A DNA stretch of 64,000 nt from Microcoleus sp. GTDB taxonomy: Bacteria; Cyanobacteriota; Cyanobacteriia; Cyanobacteriales; Microcoleaceae. A program made the position numbers and the translations under genes. Positions 49,200-60,370 of this stretch are shown piece by piece. The notes beneath the pieces are model-generated. The model saw only the letters and a list, made by a program, of their open reading frames with translations, had not been told where the DNA came from and did not search any database. Each line of letters opens with the position of its first letter. Positions within the stretch are counted from its first letter, which is position 1. The DNA lies in assembly GCA_052279835.1 (NCBI GenBank), contig CP181291.1, positions 64,001-128,000 on the forward strand. The letters run 5' to 3'.

Positions 49200-49424
49200 T
49201 TACATATACTCCTGGAAATCCTCTAATGGTGCATCAAAATCATCAGCAAGCGGTAAGACAAACGTGCCTTTCATCATCCCGGCTTGACGTTTCTTTTGAG
49301 GAGGATTTACGGCAACCTCGTTATTTGCATATTTTGCCGCTAAGAATTCTACATAGTGCAAAACTTCCTGTTTCAGGGAATCTGGCAATTTGACTAAGGT
49401 TTCTAGGATTGTGGTTTCTAGCAT
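49200..49424 (-). CDS. DUF2281-like antitoxin (apparently orphan)
   Basis: LPDSLKQEVLHYVEFL...RQAGMMKG...DDFDAPLEDFQEYM. Confidence 0.78.
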   Translation of the reverse strand: MLETTILETLVKLPDSLKQEVLHYVEFLAAKYANNEVAVNPPQKKRQAGMMKGTFVLPLADDFDAPLEDFQEYM

Positions 49425-49474
49425 TAGATCGCCTCTTGCTGGATAAAATTATGATAACAATTGTCAACCGAAAC

Positions 49475-52400
49475 TTACCGATCGCTTCCAACTTCCGCCA
49501 AGTGCCAAAACGTCATCCCATTTTCCGCATGACTGAGCAAAATCCCCAAATCTTCCAAGCTTTCTAGACAGTCGAGAATCACTTTTTGTTTGCGATTGGC
49601 ACCTTTGAAATGGGCGGTGACTTGGGCGGCTGTCCATTCGCCGCTTTGGGTGCGGAACAAGTCGCGGATGGCCCAAAGTTGCTCTTTCAGGGTTTTGGGG
49701 AAGGGTTGTTGTTCCGTGGGGGAGACGGCGATTTCGGTTTCGGTTATGATACCTGCAAGGGATGGTTGGACGTAGGTTTCGCCGGGGGCTTGGTAGTCGG
49801 GACGCAGCCAGCGAATAAGTCCGTTGCGTTCTTCTTCGGCGCGTTGGGCGTTGAGGGTGACGAGGTTTTCCAGGATTTGGTCGTCGGTGAGGGTGGGTTC
49901 CCAACCATAGGCGGCAAATACGGCGGCATCAAGTTCGTCGTGGATTTGTTTGAGGGTGGAGACTAGGGCTTTTTGGTTGAAGGCTTTGTCTTTGTCGTCG
50001 AGGGGTTCGCCTTTGCGGAGTTTTTCGAGGAGGTTGTACATCCCCGTGATGGTGACTTCGGGATGAGTGGTTTGGACTTGTTTGCGGTGGCGATCGAGGC
50101 GTTCTCCGAGTTCTCGGATGGTTTGTTTTTGGGTGTCGGTGGGGTCGGGGAAGGGGAAGGGGTCGAACACGATTGCAGGTTTCCAACGTAAATCATTCCC
50201 TATTCCCATACGTGGAGCCACCTTTTCTAACCACTTTTGATGAATTTTTGATTGCAATACACCAAGAACCCACGCATCATCTGAAACTACAGAATAAAGC
50301 TGAACATCGGGTAATAAGTTGGCATCTACAAATAAAAATGGTTTGAATTTAGATGTATCAGGAGTGACTATAAAGCGTTTGATTCCTGATATTGATTTTC
50401 GTAATTTTGGTGCATTCTCACCGAATAGCCACCAGTTACGTTTTCGAGACTCTCGATTATTCTGGTCACGAAGTGGCTTTACAGTCTCTAAGATCCTCTG
50501 ATAAAGAATTGGGTATTGCAGATATGCTTCTTCTTCTTTCAAACCGAAGAAATCAATCAACCACTTTTTTTTCCGTTGCTGAACTAGATCTCGACCAATC
50601 ATGTATGGTTTGACAACAGGGGGTAAATTATTAATATCTAAACCAAGCATATCCAATTCCTCTTCTCTGAGTCTAAATCCTTCACCAAGTGGGATAACAC
50701 CTTGAAAGGATATTGATTTGTTAGATAATAAACTTACCATAGTGACAGTATTAGCTCCGACAGTAAGATCTGGATTAATAATGCCTCGTTGTTCAGATAG
50801 TTCAACAACAGAGACTTCATCTTCTCCAAAAAGTTCGTTCTGCACAGTAAGTAACCTGCCTTGAATCTGCTCTGAGCCACCAACAGTCATGGCAACGCGG
50901 ACTGCTGCACCATCAAGACTATCCACCCAAGGATGATCGGGTAGCGCAAAAAGAATTGACATACCCGATTCTAAAGCTTGCTGCACTATTTTTCTATTTA
51001 AAGCTTGCGTGATTGAATTTGTAGTGATAAAGCCAAAACATTTAACTTTTCTAGAGCTTACAAGCTCGGCAGCTTTATGCCACCAGTACATTACAAAATC
51101 TATTGTTTCAGGAAGTTCTTTCCAAGTATTGCGAAGAATTGCAACGTAACTGTCACCTAAAGTAGACCTCATTCTCTTATTTCCAATAAACGGAGGGTTC
51201 CCCAAAATATAATCCGCGTTTGGCCAAGTAGCCTTTTGCGTTTTACCCGAAATTGGCTCTATTCCGTCATAGGCCAACACCGCATCCCGGCATTCAATAT
51301 TGTTGTACTCCCGCAACACAGGTTCGATCGGCGGAATATCGCCAAACCGCCGAAAATGCCACTGCAAATATCCAATCCAAATCACCAAATCCGCGATCGC
51401 TGCCGCCCTCGGATTGATCTCAATTCCCAAAAACTGACTCGGATTAACTTGTGCAATATCTAACCGCAACTGCGCCGCCCCTGTAACATCCTCCAAGCGC
51501 CGCAACACCTCCGACTCCAACCCTTTCAACAAATCCAATGTCACATACAAAAAATTCCCCGATCCGCACGCCGGATCGAGAATTTTTACTTGTTGTAACT
51601 CCGTCAGAAATGCCTCTAAAACCGCGATCGCCTTTTTCCTTTGATTCGCAGTCGGTTCCGATTCCCCCGCGTTGAGCAACTGTTTAACCTCCGCTTGTAC
51701 CGCAATCCAGCGATCGCCCAAAGGCTCCATCACCACAGGCTTAACCAACCGTTCCACATACGATCGCGGCGTATAATGCGCCCCCAACTTACTCCTCTCC
51801 CGTGCATCCAGCGCCCTTTCCAACAACGTCCCAAAAATCGCAGGTTCCACATTGCACCAATCCCGCTTCGCCGCCTGTAACAACACTTCCAACTGCGCCT
51901 TTGTCAACGCAAACGCCTGGGATTCCGCAAACAATCCGCCATTAAACCGCAACAATTGGCCATGAAAACCAAAACTCGTCCCCTCATTCATCGCCTCCCA
52001 AAGCGCCTCTACCTCCGGTTTAAACATCTTCGGATTGAGAATCCATCGCGTTTCCAGCGCCTGCGTGAACAGATGTTCCTTCAGCAACCCCACATCCTCA
52101 GCAAACATGGTGAAAATACAGCGCATCAAAAACTGGGCGACTTGCTGCGGATCGACATTCGCCTCCATTCTTTTCGCCAACTCGGCCAAATCCGCCGCCA
52201 CTTCCCGCGTCACCCGCGCCGCAATCTTCTCTGGGTTGCGCTGCTGTGGATTGCTAAAAATATCGACAAACAAATCGAAAATATCGGCTTTTCGCAACTC
52301 GGCCAATCCAATTTCTCGCCGCGCCCCATAGCCGCCGTAATCGCCGCTAAAACCCATCCACAATTCAAAGTGATCGCCAATATCGCAAGTCAACAAAAAC

Positions 52401-52783
52401 GGCGGTTTGCTGGTGAGAGTTCGAGTATAAGCAACTGCTTGCACAAAGGCTTTTTCCATTTCTCGCAAATAGGTATTGGTTCCCCGCTTTGCAGTTCCCT
52501 TATTACTCGTGGTTCCGCCCTGTTTTGCCTCTATTAAAAAATGCTCGGCTTTATAAAAATCAACAAATCCCGAAGTCACTTTCCCGCTGGGGTGAAAAAT
52601 TTTGACATCTTTATCAAAGCAGTATGGATCGTTGGGAATTCTGCCTTTATCCATTGGGCGATCGACCCCCAGCGCATCGCACATTTCCGCAAAAAACAAC
52701 TGGTAGTTTGCGCGTTCATTGCCACTAGAACCTGCCCAGCGCGTGATGAATGTTTCGACTCTGGTGCGATCGGCTTCATTCAT
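49475..52783 (-). CDS. MmeI-like single-polypeptide restriction-modification enzyme (Type IIG/IIL; N6-adenine MTase with N-terminal nuclease)
   Basis: N-terminal D..EAK nuclease motif (VDFYKAEHFLIEAK), FNGGLF, IFGTLLE, LGAHYTP, LDPACGSGNFL (motif I), GNPPF (motif IV), C-terminal TRD and FDPFPFP. Confidence 0.88.
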   Translation of the reverse strand: MNEADRTRVETFITRWAGSSGNERANYQLFFAEMCDALGVDRPMDKGRIPNDPYCFDKDVKIFHPSGKVTSGFVDFYKAEHFLIEAKQGGTTSNKGTAKRGTNTYLREMEKAFVQAVAYTRTLTSKPPFLLTCDIGDHFELWMGFSGDYGGYGARREIGLAELRKADIFDLFVDIFSNPQQRNPEKIAARVTREVAADLAELAKRMEANVDPQQVAQFLMRCIFTMFAEDVGLLKEHLFTQALETRWILNPKMFKPEVEALWEAMNEGTSFGFHGQLLRFNGGLFAESQAFALTKAQLEVLLQAAKRDWCNVEPAIFGTLLERALDARERSKLGAHYTPRSYVERLVKPVVMEPLGDRWIAVQAEVKQLLNAGESEPTANQRKKAIAVLEAFLTELQQVKILDPACGSGNFLYVTLDLLKGLESEVLRRLEDVTGAAQLRLDIAQVNPSQFLGIEINPRAAAIADLVIWIGYLQWHFRRFGDIPPIEPVLREYNNIECRDAVLAYDGIEPISGKTQKATWPNADYILGNPPFIGNKRMRSTLGDSYVAILRNTWKELPETIDFVMYWWHKAAELVSSRKVKCFGFITTNSITQALNRKIVQQALESGMSILFALPDHPWVDSLDGAAVRVAMTVGGSEQIQGRLLTVQNELFGEDEVSVVELSEQRGIINPDLTVGANTVTMVSLLSNKSISFQGVIPLGEGFRLREEELDMLGLDINNLPPVVKPYMIGRDLVQQRKKKWLIDFFGLKEEEAYLQYPILYQRILETVKPLRDQNNRESRKRNWWLFGENAPKLRKSISGIKRFIVTPDTSKFKPFLFVDANLLPDVQLYSVVSDDAWVLGVLQSKIHQKWLEKVAPRMGIGNDLRWKPAIVFDPFPFPDPTDTQKQTIRELGERLDRHRKQVQTTHPEVTITGMYNLLEKLRKGEPLDDKDKAFNQKALVSTLKQIHDELDAAVFAAYGWEPTLTDDQILENLVTLNAQRAEEERNGLIRWLRPDYQAPGETYVQPSLAGIITETEIAVSPTEQQPFPKTLKEQLWAIRDLFRTQSGEWTAAQVTAHFKGANRKQKVILDCLESLEDLGILLSHAENGMTFWHLAEVGSDR

Positions 52784-52874
52784 GCTTCAATCCTGCTGCT
52801 GGTTTTTTCTAGGACTTATCATATCAAATCTGGTTGCACGACCTATGAGAGGACACTCCAAGAGCCCAAAGCGT

Positions 52875-52944
52875 GTCAACTTAAGGTACAACCGATAGTC
52901 CGCCAGGGACTTCAGTCCCTGGCGGGCTTTCGGCTTAAGTTGAC
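52875..52944. repeat. Short MITE-like palindromic element
   Basis: GTCAACTTAAG / CTTAAGTTGAC inverted ends around the internal palindrome CGCCAGGGAC-TTCA-GTCCCTGGCG. Confidence 0.6.
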
Positions 52945-52952
52945 TAGATTTC

Positions 52953-52996
52953 AAAAAAAAATAGGTTGGGTTTACTTATGTTAAACCCAACCTATT
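52953..52996 (-). terminator. Rho-independent terminator after cphA1
   Basis: AATAGGTTGGGTTTA...TAAACCCAACCTATT hairpin, followed on the minus strand by a U-tract. Confidence 0.7.
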
Positions 52997-53017
52997 AATT
53001 AAATGATAATTAAGAGT

Positions 53018-55739
53018 TTAGCCTTGATTCACAACAGTCGTTTGTAAACTTTCCTGTGACTTCGATCGATCTAAACCATTTTGAACTGCCACAGATTCCT
53101 TAATCGGTTTCCGCGCTTCTATTAAACTCAGAGCTTTGTTGACACCTTCAGGTAAAATTACTACCAAGCTGCCAGCAGGTGCTTCGTCTAAAGCCTTATT
53201 AATCGCAATTGTTTCATCGAGAATCAACTCGTATTCAACCTTAGATTGAGCGCCGGTTCGTGCAGCCATAGTCTCTGCAATCCCCTGACAAATTAACTTG
53301 GCCACCACACCGGGTTCCCGGCCGCGCCGATCGAGATCTTCTTTGACAATAATGCGATCGAAAATATCCGCCGAAAGTTTACCCAACAGGACAAAATCCT
53401 CATCTCGCCTGTCTCCGGGCGCACCAATTACCCCGATCCGCATTCCATCCCAATTCTGCACGAAACTCCCCAAAGCCTTGTAACTGTGAGGGTTGTGGGC
53501 ATAGTCGAGCAAAGCGTGATATTTACCCAAATTAAACAGGTTCATCCGTCCGGGAGTTTGACCTACCGATGCCTGGAAGCTTGACAAAGCCGATCGAATG
53601 TCCTCTATTTTCACTCCTTGGGCAAAAGCAGCCAAACAAGCTGCTAAAGCATTGGCAATCATGAACGGTGCCCGTCCGCCCATCGTCAGAGGCACGTTGA
53701 CAGCCTGCTCAATTCTCAGCGTCCAATCGCCCTTCAGGATCGACAAATAGCCATTCTCGTAAATCGCAGCCAGCCCGCCCGCAGCCGTATGTCTGGCCAC
53801 CAGTTCGTTATCTGGGTTCATGGAGAAATATGCAATTTGAGCCTTGACACTTTGCGCCATTCGTGATACTAGCGGGTCGTCTGCATTCAGGACTGCATAG
53901 CCCTTGGGCATCACCGACTCTACCAGCACGCTCTTGAGGGTGGCCAGTTGTTCCACGGTGTCGATGTCGCCAATGCCTAAGTGGTCGGCGGCGACGTTCA
54001 AGACGACACCCACATCGCACTGGTCGAAGCCCAAGCCCGATCGCAAAATTCCGCCCCTAGCTGTTTCCAGCACCGCGACTTCCACCGTCGGATCGGACAA
54101 AATCAACTGAGCGCTTTGGGGCCCGGTATTGTCTCCGCTTTCCACCAAATATTCACCGATGTAAGTACCGTCAGTAGTTGTATACCCAGTAACTTGACCA
54201 GTCTGCTTGACAATATGGGCCAGGAGGCGAGTGGTGGTAGTTTTGCCGTTTGTCCCCGTTACCGCTAAAATCGGCACCCGACTCACTCCAGGAGAGGGGA
54301 ACAGCATATCCATCACTGCGCCGGCGACGTTGCGCGGCAAACCTTGACTCGGTGCAACGTGCATTCTGAAACCTGGTGCTGCGTTGACTTCGACGATGAC
54401 ACCATCGACATCGCGCAGGGGTTTTGAGATATCGGCGGTTACGACGTCAATGCCGGCGATGTCCAAACCGATAATTTTGGCAACTCTGGAAAATAACCAG
54501 ACGTTTTCGGGGTGGATTTCGTCGGTGCGATCGACTGCAATTCCCCCCGTACTCAAGTTGGCTGTCGCCCGCAAAAATACTCTTTTCCCTGATGGTACTA
54601 CTGAGTCGAGGCTGTAGCCTTGTTTTTGCAGCAAATCTAAAGACAATTTATCGATCGTAATCCTGGTGAGAACATTGTCGTGTCCGTCTCCCCGCTGCGG
54701 GTCGCTGTTGACTTCTTCAATTAACTGTTCTACGGTCTTTTTGCCATTACCCACAACGTTAGCGGGGACTCGTTCTGCTACCGCTACGACTTGACCGTTG
54801 ACTACCAATACTCTGTGGTCCCTACCTGTGTAATAGCGTTCAATAATGATGCTTTTGGTTTTTGAGGCGGCGCTGGCGAGGGTCGTAGGCTTCTTCTGCT
54901 ACTTCCCAGGAATTGATGTCGATGGTGATGCCGCGTCCGTGATTGCCGTCTAGGGGTTTAATCACAATGGGATAGCCGCCCACTTCTTCGATCGCACTTT
55001 GCAGTTCATCTAAATAGTGAATTACCGTACCTCTGGGCACCGGCACACCAGCACTACCCAGGATATTTTTAGTACCTTCCTTGTCGCAAGCTAGTTCTAC
55101 TCCCAACACTCCCGTGCGGTTGCTCAAAGTTGCTTGAATCCGCTTTTGATGAACCCCGTAGCCTAACTGAATCATAAACCTCGCACTCAATTGCATCCAA
55201 GGAATGCCACGAGCTTCCGCTTCCTTGACCAGTGTTTCGGTGCTCGGTCCCAAGGCCGCCGACGCTGCAAAATCTGTGAGGTCTCTTAAATCTTGGGCCA
55301 ACTCTGTAGATGAGTAAGTGCCGGTACTGACAATGCTCTGGCACAAGCGGACCCCAGCCCTGGCCGCGTAGCGACCTGCTTGTTCGTTTTGATACTCAAG
55401 TACCACTTGGTAAATGCCTGGGGTCGAAGTCTCGCGGGTGCGACCGAATCCCGCAGGCATCCCTGCCATTTCCTGAAGTTCTAGGGCGACGTGTTCGATG
55501 ACGTGTCCCATCATCGTGCCTTCTTTCACACGTTGCAGGAAGCCTCCCTGACGACCTGGGGAACAAAAATGCTCGTATAAACTCGGCAGCACCGCCAGTA
55601 AGCCCTCGTAGAATCCAGGAATTTGAGCTGTGGTTTTGTCGGCTAAATCTTCTAAATCTAGACGCATGACGATCAGTTTTTGGCGTCGGATACTCCAATA
55701 ATTAGGGCCGCGCAAGGTCTGGATTTTTAGTATTTTCAT
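53018..55739 (-). CDS. cphA: Cyanophycin synthetase CphA1, split by a +1 frameshift at ~54880-54882
   Basis: MKILKIQTLRGPNYWSIRR, KPLDGNHGRG, ANLSTGG, EVNAAPGFRMH, VTGTNGKTTT, DYAHNP. Removing one base restores …EEAYDLASAASKTKSIIIERYYTGRDHRVLVVNG. Confidence 0.93.
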
Positions 55740-56350
55740 AAAGCCTCGTAGATGTTTGGAAAGCCTAAATTTTGAGTTTGGTGATGAAAAACTACTCAGG
55801 GGATTTTCATCAACATAACTCGACTGGATTTGTAGGAGAGAAACTTTATATCTAGCCCCTGAGCCTTTTGGGTCAATTTTTTGCCAGTTTCTAGGCGGAA
55901 ATCTGATAGTTTAAATTCCCTGTTTCAAGATACAACAATTATTGAGAAAGAACTTTTTGGTAGCCATCCCCAATCAGTTTAATTCTTCAAAATTTTTTGT
56001 GTTCGCCACAAACTCTCTTCTGAGGGTGATTCAAATTGAGTTTGTGGCTGCTGAGTATTGCACTGGAAGGATGAGCTTCGTGGGGCAGTTACCATCGGCA
56101 TTAATTAAACAAATTTTGGCGGTGCGATCGAATCCACCCTTAATTTTTGTTTCCGAAGGTTTACCGTCCTGGGACTGCTTGCTGAACACTTGCAGACAAT
56201 TACCCTTGCCAAAAATGGCTTCGAGGAGTTGAGTTCTCCTCAATTTTTGTAAGATGCTGACCACGAAGTTCACATTCCTATTGCAATGTATCTTTGACTT
56301 TATTGGATCATTTATTCAATTTCAAGCCATAGTCTCCGATAAACTGTTCG

Positions 56351-56476
56351 CTAAGAACATTTTTGTACTAATTTTTCAGTTAGTGCCCACGGAATTGGAG
56401 ATTTTACCTGTGAGATCGGGAGATCCACATCGATCGGGCGATCGAGCAATCTGGCGTGGGTTTCTGATGTTCCCAT
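56351..56476 (-). CDS. Possible 41-aa small ORF between cphB1 and cphA1
   Basis: GGAGG RBS then ATG: MGTSETHARLLDRPIDVDLPISQVKSPIPWALTEKLVQKCS*; below the ORF-track cut-off. Confidence 0.3.
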   Translation of the reverse strand: MGTSETHARLLDRPIDVDLPISQVKSPIPWALTEKLVQKCS

Positions 56477-56549
56477 AGCTTATCCTCCGTCCTCAATTTT
56501 TGGCTAGTAATTCATGATTGACGAGGGGGGATGACTATTATTTGCTGTC

Positions 56550-57443
56550 TTAGTTGGAGGTGCGACATTCAGGAGGCCACCCAGACTCGGAACAGGCGGA
56601 GGATGGCATGGCTTTGCCTAGGGCAATATTGTAACAATCTCCGTGGCAGAGTACGTGCATGCGCAGATTGAACAGACTCAAAGGTTCTGTCGCTCCTACG
56701 TGAGGCTCGTTGGTGTAAAGCATTTCCCTAGAATCGACAATAGTCACAGTTCCTTTACCGAGAATTTTAATCGTGTCGTCTCCTTCAAATAGGGCGCAGG
56801 TGTCTTCGTCAATACCTAGAGCTAGCAGATCCGGGTGGGAGGAAATCGCCGACAGCAACCGAGCCATGCGATTTCGGTTGTGAAAATGCTGATCTACAAT
56901 CACGGACGGTATAATATCCAGACCGTTTGCCAAATCTACTAAAGAGCGATTGGGAGAAGCGCCACTGCCACCACCTGCAATCATGTGATAGCCCATCACC
57001 GCAGCCCCAGCACTGGTTCCAGCTAGGGTAATTTTGCCTTCTCTGGCTTCTTTGCGAATTTTGTCCATTACTGGTGTGTCCGCCAGCAACCCGCACAGCC
57101 GCAGTTGGTCGCCACCTGTGATAAATACGCCCGTACAGTCTTCTAAGTAATCCTTCCACACGGGGTTTTCGGCCTGTTCGCGTTCCCGGATATCAACTAC
57201 TTTGACAGCACTGACACCCATTTCGTCAAAGATGGTGCGGTAGCGGTTGCTAATCCCTTCTGGATCTCGCGAAGCTGAGGGAACGATCGCCAGTCTCGCC
57301 TCTGTACCCCCAGAACGGTGAAAAAATGTGTTCAGAATCTCGCGACCGTGAACTTTGTCTTCGGCCCCCCCGATCACCATAATCGAGGTTTTTGTCCGCT
57401 GGGAAATGTTTTGTTCAAGGGCTGGAGATGTTAATTGCTGCAT
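56550..57443 (-). CDS. cphB: Cyanophycinase CphB1
   Basis: IGGAEDK, FITGGDQ, GTSAGAA, VDQHFHNRNRMARL, GIDEDT; upstream of cphA1. Confidence 0.94.
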   Translation of the reverse strand: MQQLTSPALEQNISQRTKTSIMVIGGAEDKVHGREILNTFFHRSGGTEARLAIVPSASRDPEGISNRYRTIFDEMGVSAVKVVDIREREQAENPVWKDYLEDCTGVFITGGDQLRLCGLLADTPVMDKIRKEAREGKITLAGTSAGAAVMGYHMIAGGGSGASPNRSLVDLANGLDIIPSVIVDQHFHNRNRMARLLSAISSHPDLLALGIDEDTCALFEGDDTIKILGKGTVTIVDSREMLYTNEPHVGATEPLSLFNLRMHVLCHGDCYNIALGKAMPSSACSESGWPPECRTSN

Positions 57444-57752
57444 GGTGTGTCTTCCTCGGTTAGGTGTGAAATTAAATTTTGCCGTGTTGTGGGTACGATC
57501 GGCGTTTTAAAGACTGAATAATTTAGCGTGAGGTTCGATGGAGAATCGCGATCGCCCGCAGTCCTTCGGAAGCTAGTTTAGAAAAGGCACTGTACTGAAA
57601 ACAGATAATTTTCATACAAAACGTAGCCCATACACAAAAGCATAAAATTTGAGTTGCAAAAATTTTAAGAAATTATGAAGAATAATGCAATTACCGAAAA
57701 TCGATCGCCCTCTAGAGGTGAAACTAGAGTGTGTCAATAAATTTAAAGTATT

Positions 57753-58448
57753 GTGCGATTTGACGTTGTTACCCTATTTCCAGAATTTTTCTTGGCTCCC
57801 CTAGGGTCGGGACTGATGGGCAAAGCCTTAGCTAAAAATATTGCTGAGGTGAATTTTGTCAATCCTCGTGATTTTACCACAGACAAGCACCACCGAGTGG
57901 ACGACGAACCCTACGGTGGTGGAGTGGGGATGTTGATGAAGCCGGAACCGATTTTTGCTGCGGTGGAGTCCTTGCCAATTTTGCCCAGGCGAGAGGTGAT
58001 CTTACTGACTCCCCAGGGGGAACCTATGCAGCAGGCGATGTTTCGGGGGTTGGCTGCTGAGTGCGACCAGTTGGTTTTGATTTGCGGTCATTATGAAGGT
58101 GTGGACGATCGAGTTTTGAATTTGGTGACTCGTGAGGTGTCTTTGGGCGACTTTGTACTCACAGGGGGCGAAATTCCGGCCTTGGCTTTGATTAATGGAG
58201 TTTTACGGCTGTTGCGTGGCACTGTGGGGAAGGAAGATTCTTTGAAGTTTGAGAGTTTTGAGGACGGACTTTTGGATTATCCGCAGTATACTCGACCAGC
58301 CGATTTTCGGGGAGCGAAGGTTCCTGATGTTTTATTATCTGGGAATCATGCCGAAATTGCCCGTTGGCGAAGGGAACAGCAAATTGCCAAAACTCGATCG
58401 CGCCGCCCTGATTTGTATGAGGTTTGGTTGCACGAAGGGGGAAAATAG
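57753..58448 (+). CDS. trmD: tRNA (guanine37-N1)-methyltransferase
   Basis: VDDEPYGGGVGM, CGHYEGVDDR, SLGDFVLTGGE, LLDYPQYTRP, LLSGNH. Confidence 0.96.
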   Translation: MRFDVVTLFPEFFLAPLGSGLMGKALAKNIAEVNFVNPRDFTTDKHHRVDDEPYGGGVGMLMKPEPIFAAVESLPILPRREVILLTPQGEPMQQAMFRGLAAECDQLVLICGHYEGVDDRVLNLVTREVSLGDFVLTGGEIPALALINGVLRLLRGTVGKEDSLKFESFEDGLLDYPQYTRPADFRGAKVPDVLLSGNHAEIARWRREQQIAKTRSRRPDLYEVWLHEGGK

Positions 58449-58504
58449 ATCGTCTGCTATCCTCAAGAAACACATAAATAACTCTGTTTTACCAGCTCTA
58501 ACTT

Positions 58505-59236
58505 ATGTCACTAACCGTAGAAAACTTACCAAGAGATTTAATTACCGACGATGGCGAACCAATGGAAAGCAATAACCATAGAGTTGCGATGAATTTACTC
58601 ATCCAATCTCTCAAATATTACTGGCGCGATCGGCAAGACTTTTTTGTAGGCGGCAATATGTTTGTCTACTACAGCATAAACCAAGTCAAAAATCAAGACT
58701 TCAAAGGCCCTGATTTCTTTGTTGTCTTAGATGTAGATGGAACCATAAATAGAGATGCTTGGATTGCTTGGGAAGAAGACAGCCGCCTCCCCGATGTGGT
58801 AATTGAATTAATGTCTCCCTCAACTGCCGAAGTAGATTTAACCACCAAAAAAGATATCTACGAGCGTAAATTAAAAACCCAAGATTATTTTGTCTACAAT
58901 CCCAAAAATCCCAATTCTCTAAGAGGTTGGCAATTAATTAATCGTCGATACCAATCCTTATCTCCTAATCAACAAGGGAGATTATATTGTGAATCGTTAG
59001 GGCTATGGCTGGGTATATGGGAAGGTAAAATAGAAAACTCTCAAGGTACTTGGTTGAGGTTTTTTGATGCCGATGGAAACGTAGTATTAATGCGAGATGA
59101 AGCTGAAACTCAAAGAGCAGAATTAGAGCGACAACAGAAAGAGGAGGCAATACAACAATTAGAAATTGAAAAGCAACAAAAAGCAAAGTTAGCTGCCAAG
59201 TTAAGGGAATTGGGTATTGACCCTGATGAAATTTGA
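58505..59236 (+). CDS. Uma2-family (DUF820) putative endonuclease
   Basis: [33 protein letters not shown], coiled-coil tail ending [12 protein letters not shown]. Confidence 0.9.
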   Translation: MSLTVENLPRDLITDDGEPMESNNHRVAMNLLIQSLKYYWRDRQDFFVGGNMFVYYSINQVKNQDFKGPDFFVVLDVDGTINRDAWIAWEEDSRLPDVVIELMSPSTAEVDLTTKKDIYERKLKTQDYFVYNPKNPNSLRGWQLINRRYQSLSPNQQGRLYCESLGLWLGIWEGKIENSQGTWLRFFDADGNVVLMRDEAETQRAELERQQKEEAIQQLEIEKQQKAKLAAKLRELGIDPDEI

Positions 59237-59297
59237 TTGCTGGGACAAGATATCATTAACCTGCTATTCTTCTTTATTCCTTCTTCCTTCTTATATT

Positions 59298-59777
59298 ATG
59301 AACATCCGCATCGGTAACGGCTACGACATTCACTGCTTGGTTCCAGAACGCCCCCTCATCCTCGGCGGTGTCAACATTCCCCACGCATTAGGATTGCTAG
59401 GTCACAGTGACGCCGACGTACTCACTCACGCGATTATGGACGCAATGCTTGGAGCACTCAGCCTCGGAGATATCGGGCATTATTTCCCACCGACTGACCC
59501 CAAATGGAAAGGTGCTGATAGTTTAGTTTTGCTCGAACAAGTCAACCAGTTGATCTTAGATAAAGGCTGGGAAATTGGCAATATTGATTCTGTAATTGTA
59601 GCAGAACGACCAAAGCTGAAACCGCATATTGAAAAAATGCGCGATCGCCTTTCTAGCGTCCTCAAACTCAACCCAGACCAAATAGGTGTCAAAGCCACCA
59701 CCAACGAAAAGTTAGGTCCCGTGGGCCGAGAAGAAGGAATCGCAGCTTATGCTGTAGTTTTGTTAATGCTAAAATAG
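59298..59777 (+). CDS. ispF: 2-C-methyl-D-erythritol 2,4-cyclodiphosphate synthase
   Basis: [45 protein letters not shown]. Confidence 0.96.
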   Translation: MNIRIGNGYDIHCLVPERPLILGGVNIPHALGLLGHSDADVLTHAIMDAMLGALSLGDIGHYFPPTDPKWKGADSLVLLEQVNQLILDKGWEIGNIDSVIVAERPKLKPHIEKMRDRLSSVLKLNPDQIGVKATTNEKLGPVGREEGIAAYAVVLLMLK

Positions 59778-59821
59778 TTGTCAGGTTCTGACAATTTTCA
59801 GCTAATTTAGGATTTGAATCT

Positions 59822-60370
59822 ATGCTTGCCGAAAACTTGGAAATCGAAACCCCGATCGATGTTGATATTATCGCCTTAGATAAAGAAGATCGGGTAGTCG
59901 TGCTCATCGAGGTCAAAATTATTCAAGCTCAAGAACCAGCAGCAAAACAGAGGATTGCTGACTACATGATATCTTGGATGAAAGCTGTGTTAGCGAAGAT
60001 ATCCGAGCAACGCACCATAATTCCCTATGCTATGTTTGTTGACACCGAACAAATTCTGATTTTCAAATGGGACGGAGTAAACTTATCTGAACCTGTTTGT
60101 TCTCTAAACACAGGTGAGATACTTCGCTATTATGAGCCTGAATTTGGCAAAAAATGGATATTTGAAGATACCATTGAGACGCTGATCCAATCGTGGCTTC
60201 ATGACTTAGATTATCATTGGAAATCAGAAATTCCACCAGCATCGGAACAAATAGCAGCCATCGGTTTGCTGCCGTTACTTGTAGGTGGAACAACAAAATC
60301 AGGAGTGAAATTAGGTGGCAATCGTATATATCGAGACCAACTTTTTGATGACTATTGCTACAGGGCGTGA
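59822..60370 (+). CDS. Hypothetical protein with PD-(D/E)xK-like motif
   Basis: VDIIALDKEDRVVVLIEVK. Confidence 0.6.
   Translation: MLAENLEIETPIDVDIIALDKEDRVVVLIEVKIIQAQEPAAKQRIADYMISWMKAVLAKISEQRTIIPYAMFVDTEQILIFKWDGVNLSEPVCSLNTGEILRYYEPEFGKKWIFEDTIETLIQSWLHDLDYHWKSEIPPASEQIAAIGLLPLLVGGTTKSGVKLGGNRIYRDQLFDDYCYRA

Noticed and set aside
49464..50196. Multiple overlapping short ORFs within the R-M gene
   Set aside because: Alternative-frame artefacts of a strongly skewed coding region
54870..54890. Programmed ribosomal frameshifting in cphA1, cobH or the cyclase
   Set aside because: No slippery heptamer or stimulatory structure; CphA1 and CobH are normally single ORFs; the identical +1 G pattern points to sequencing error
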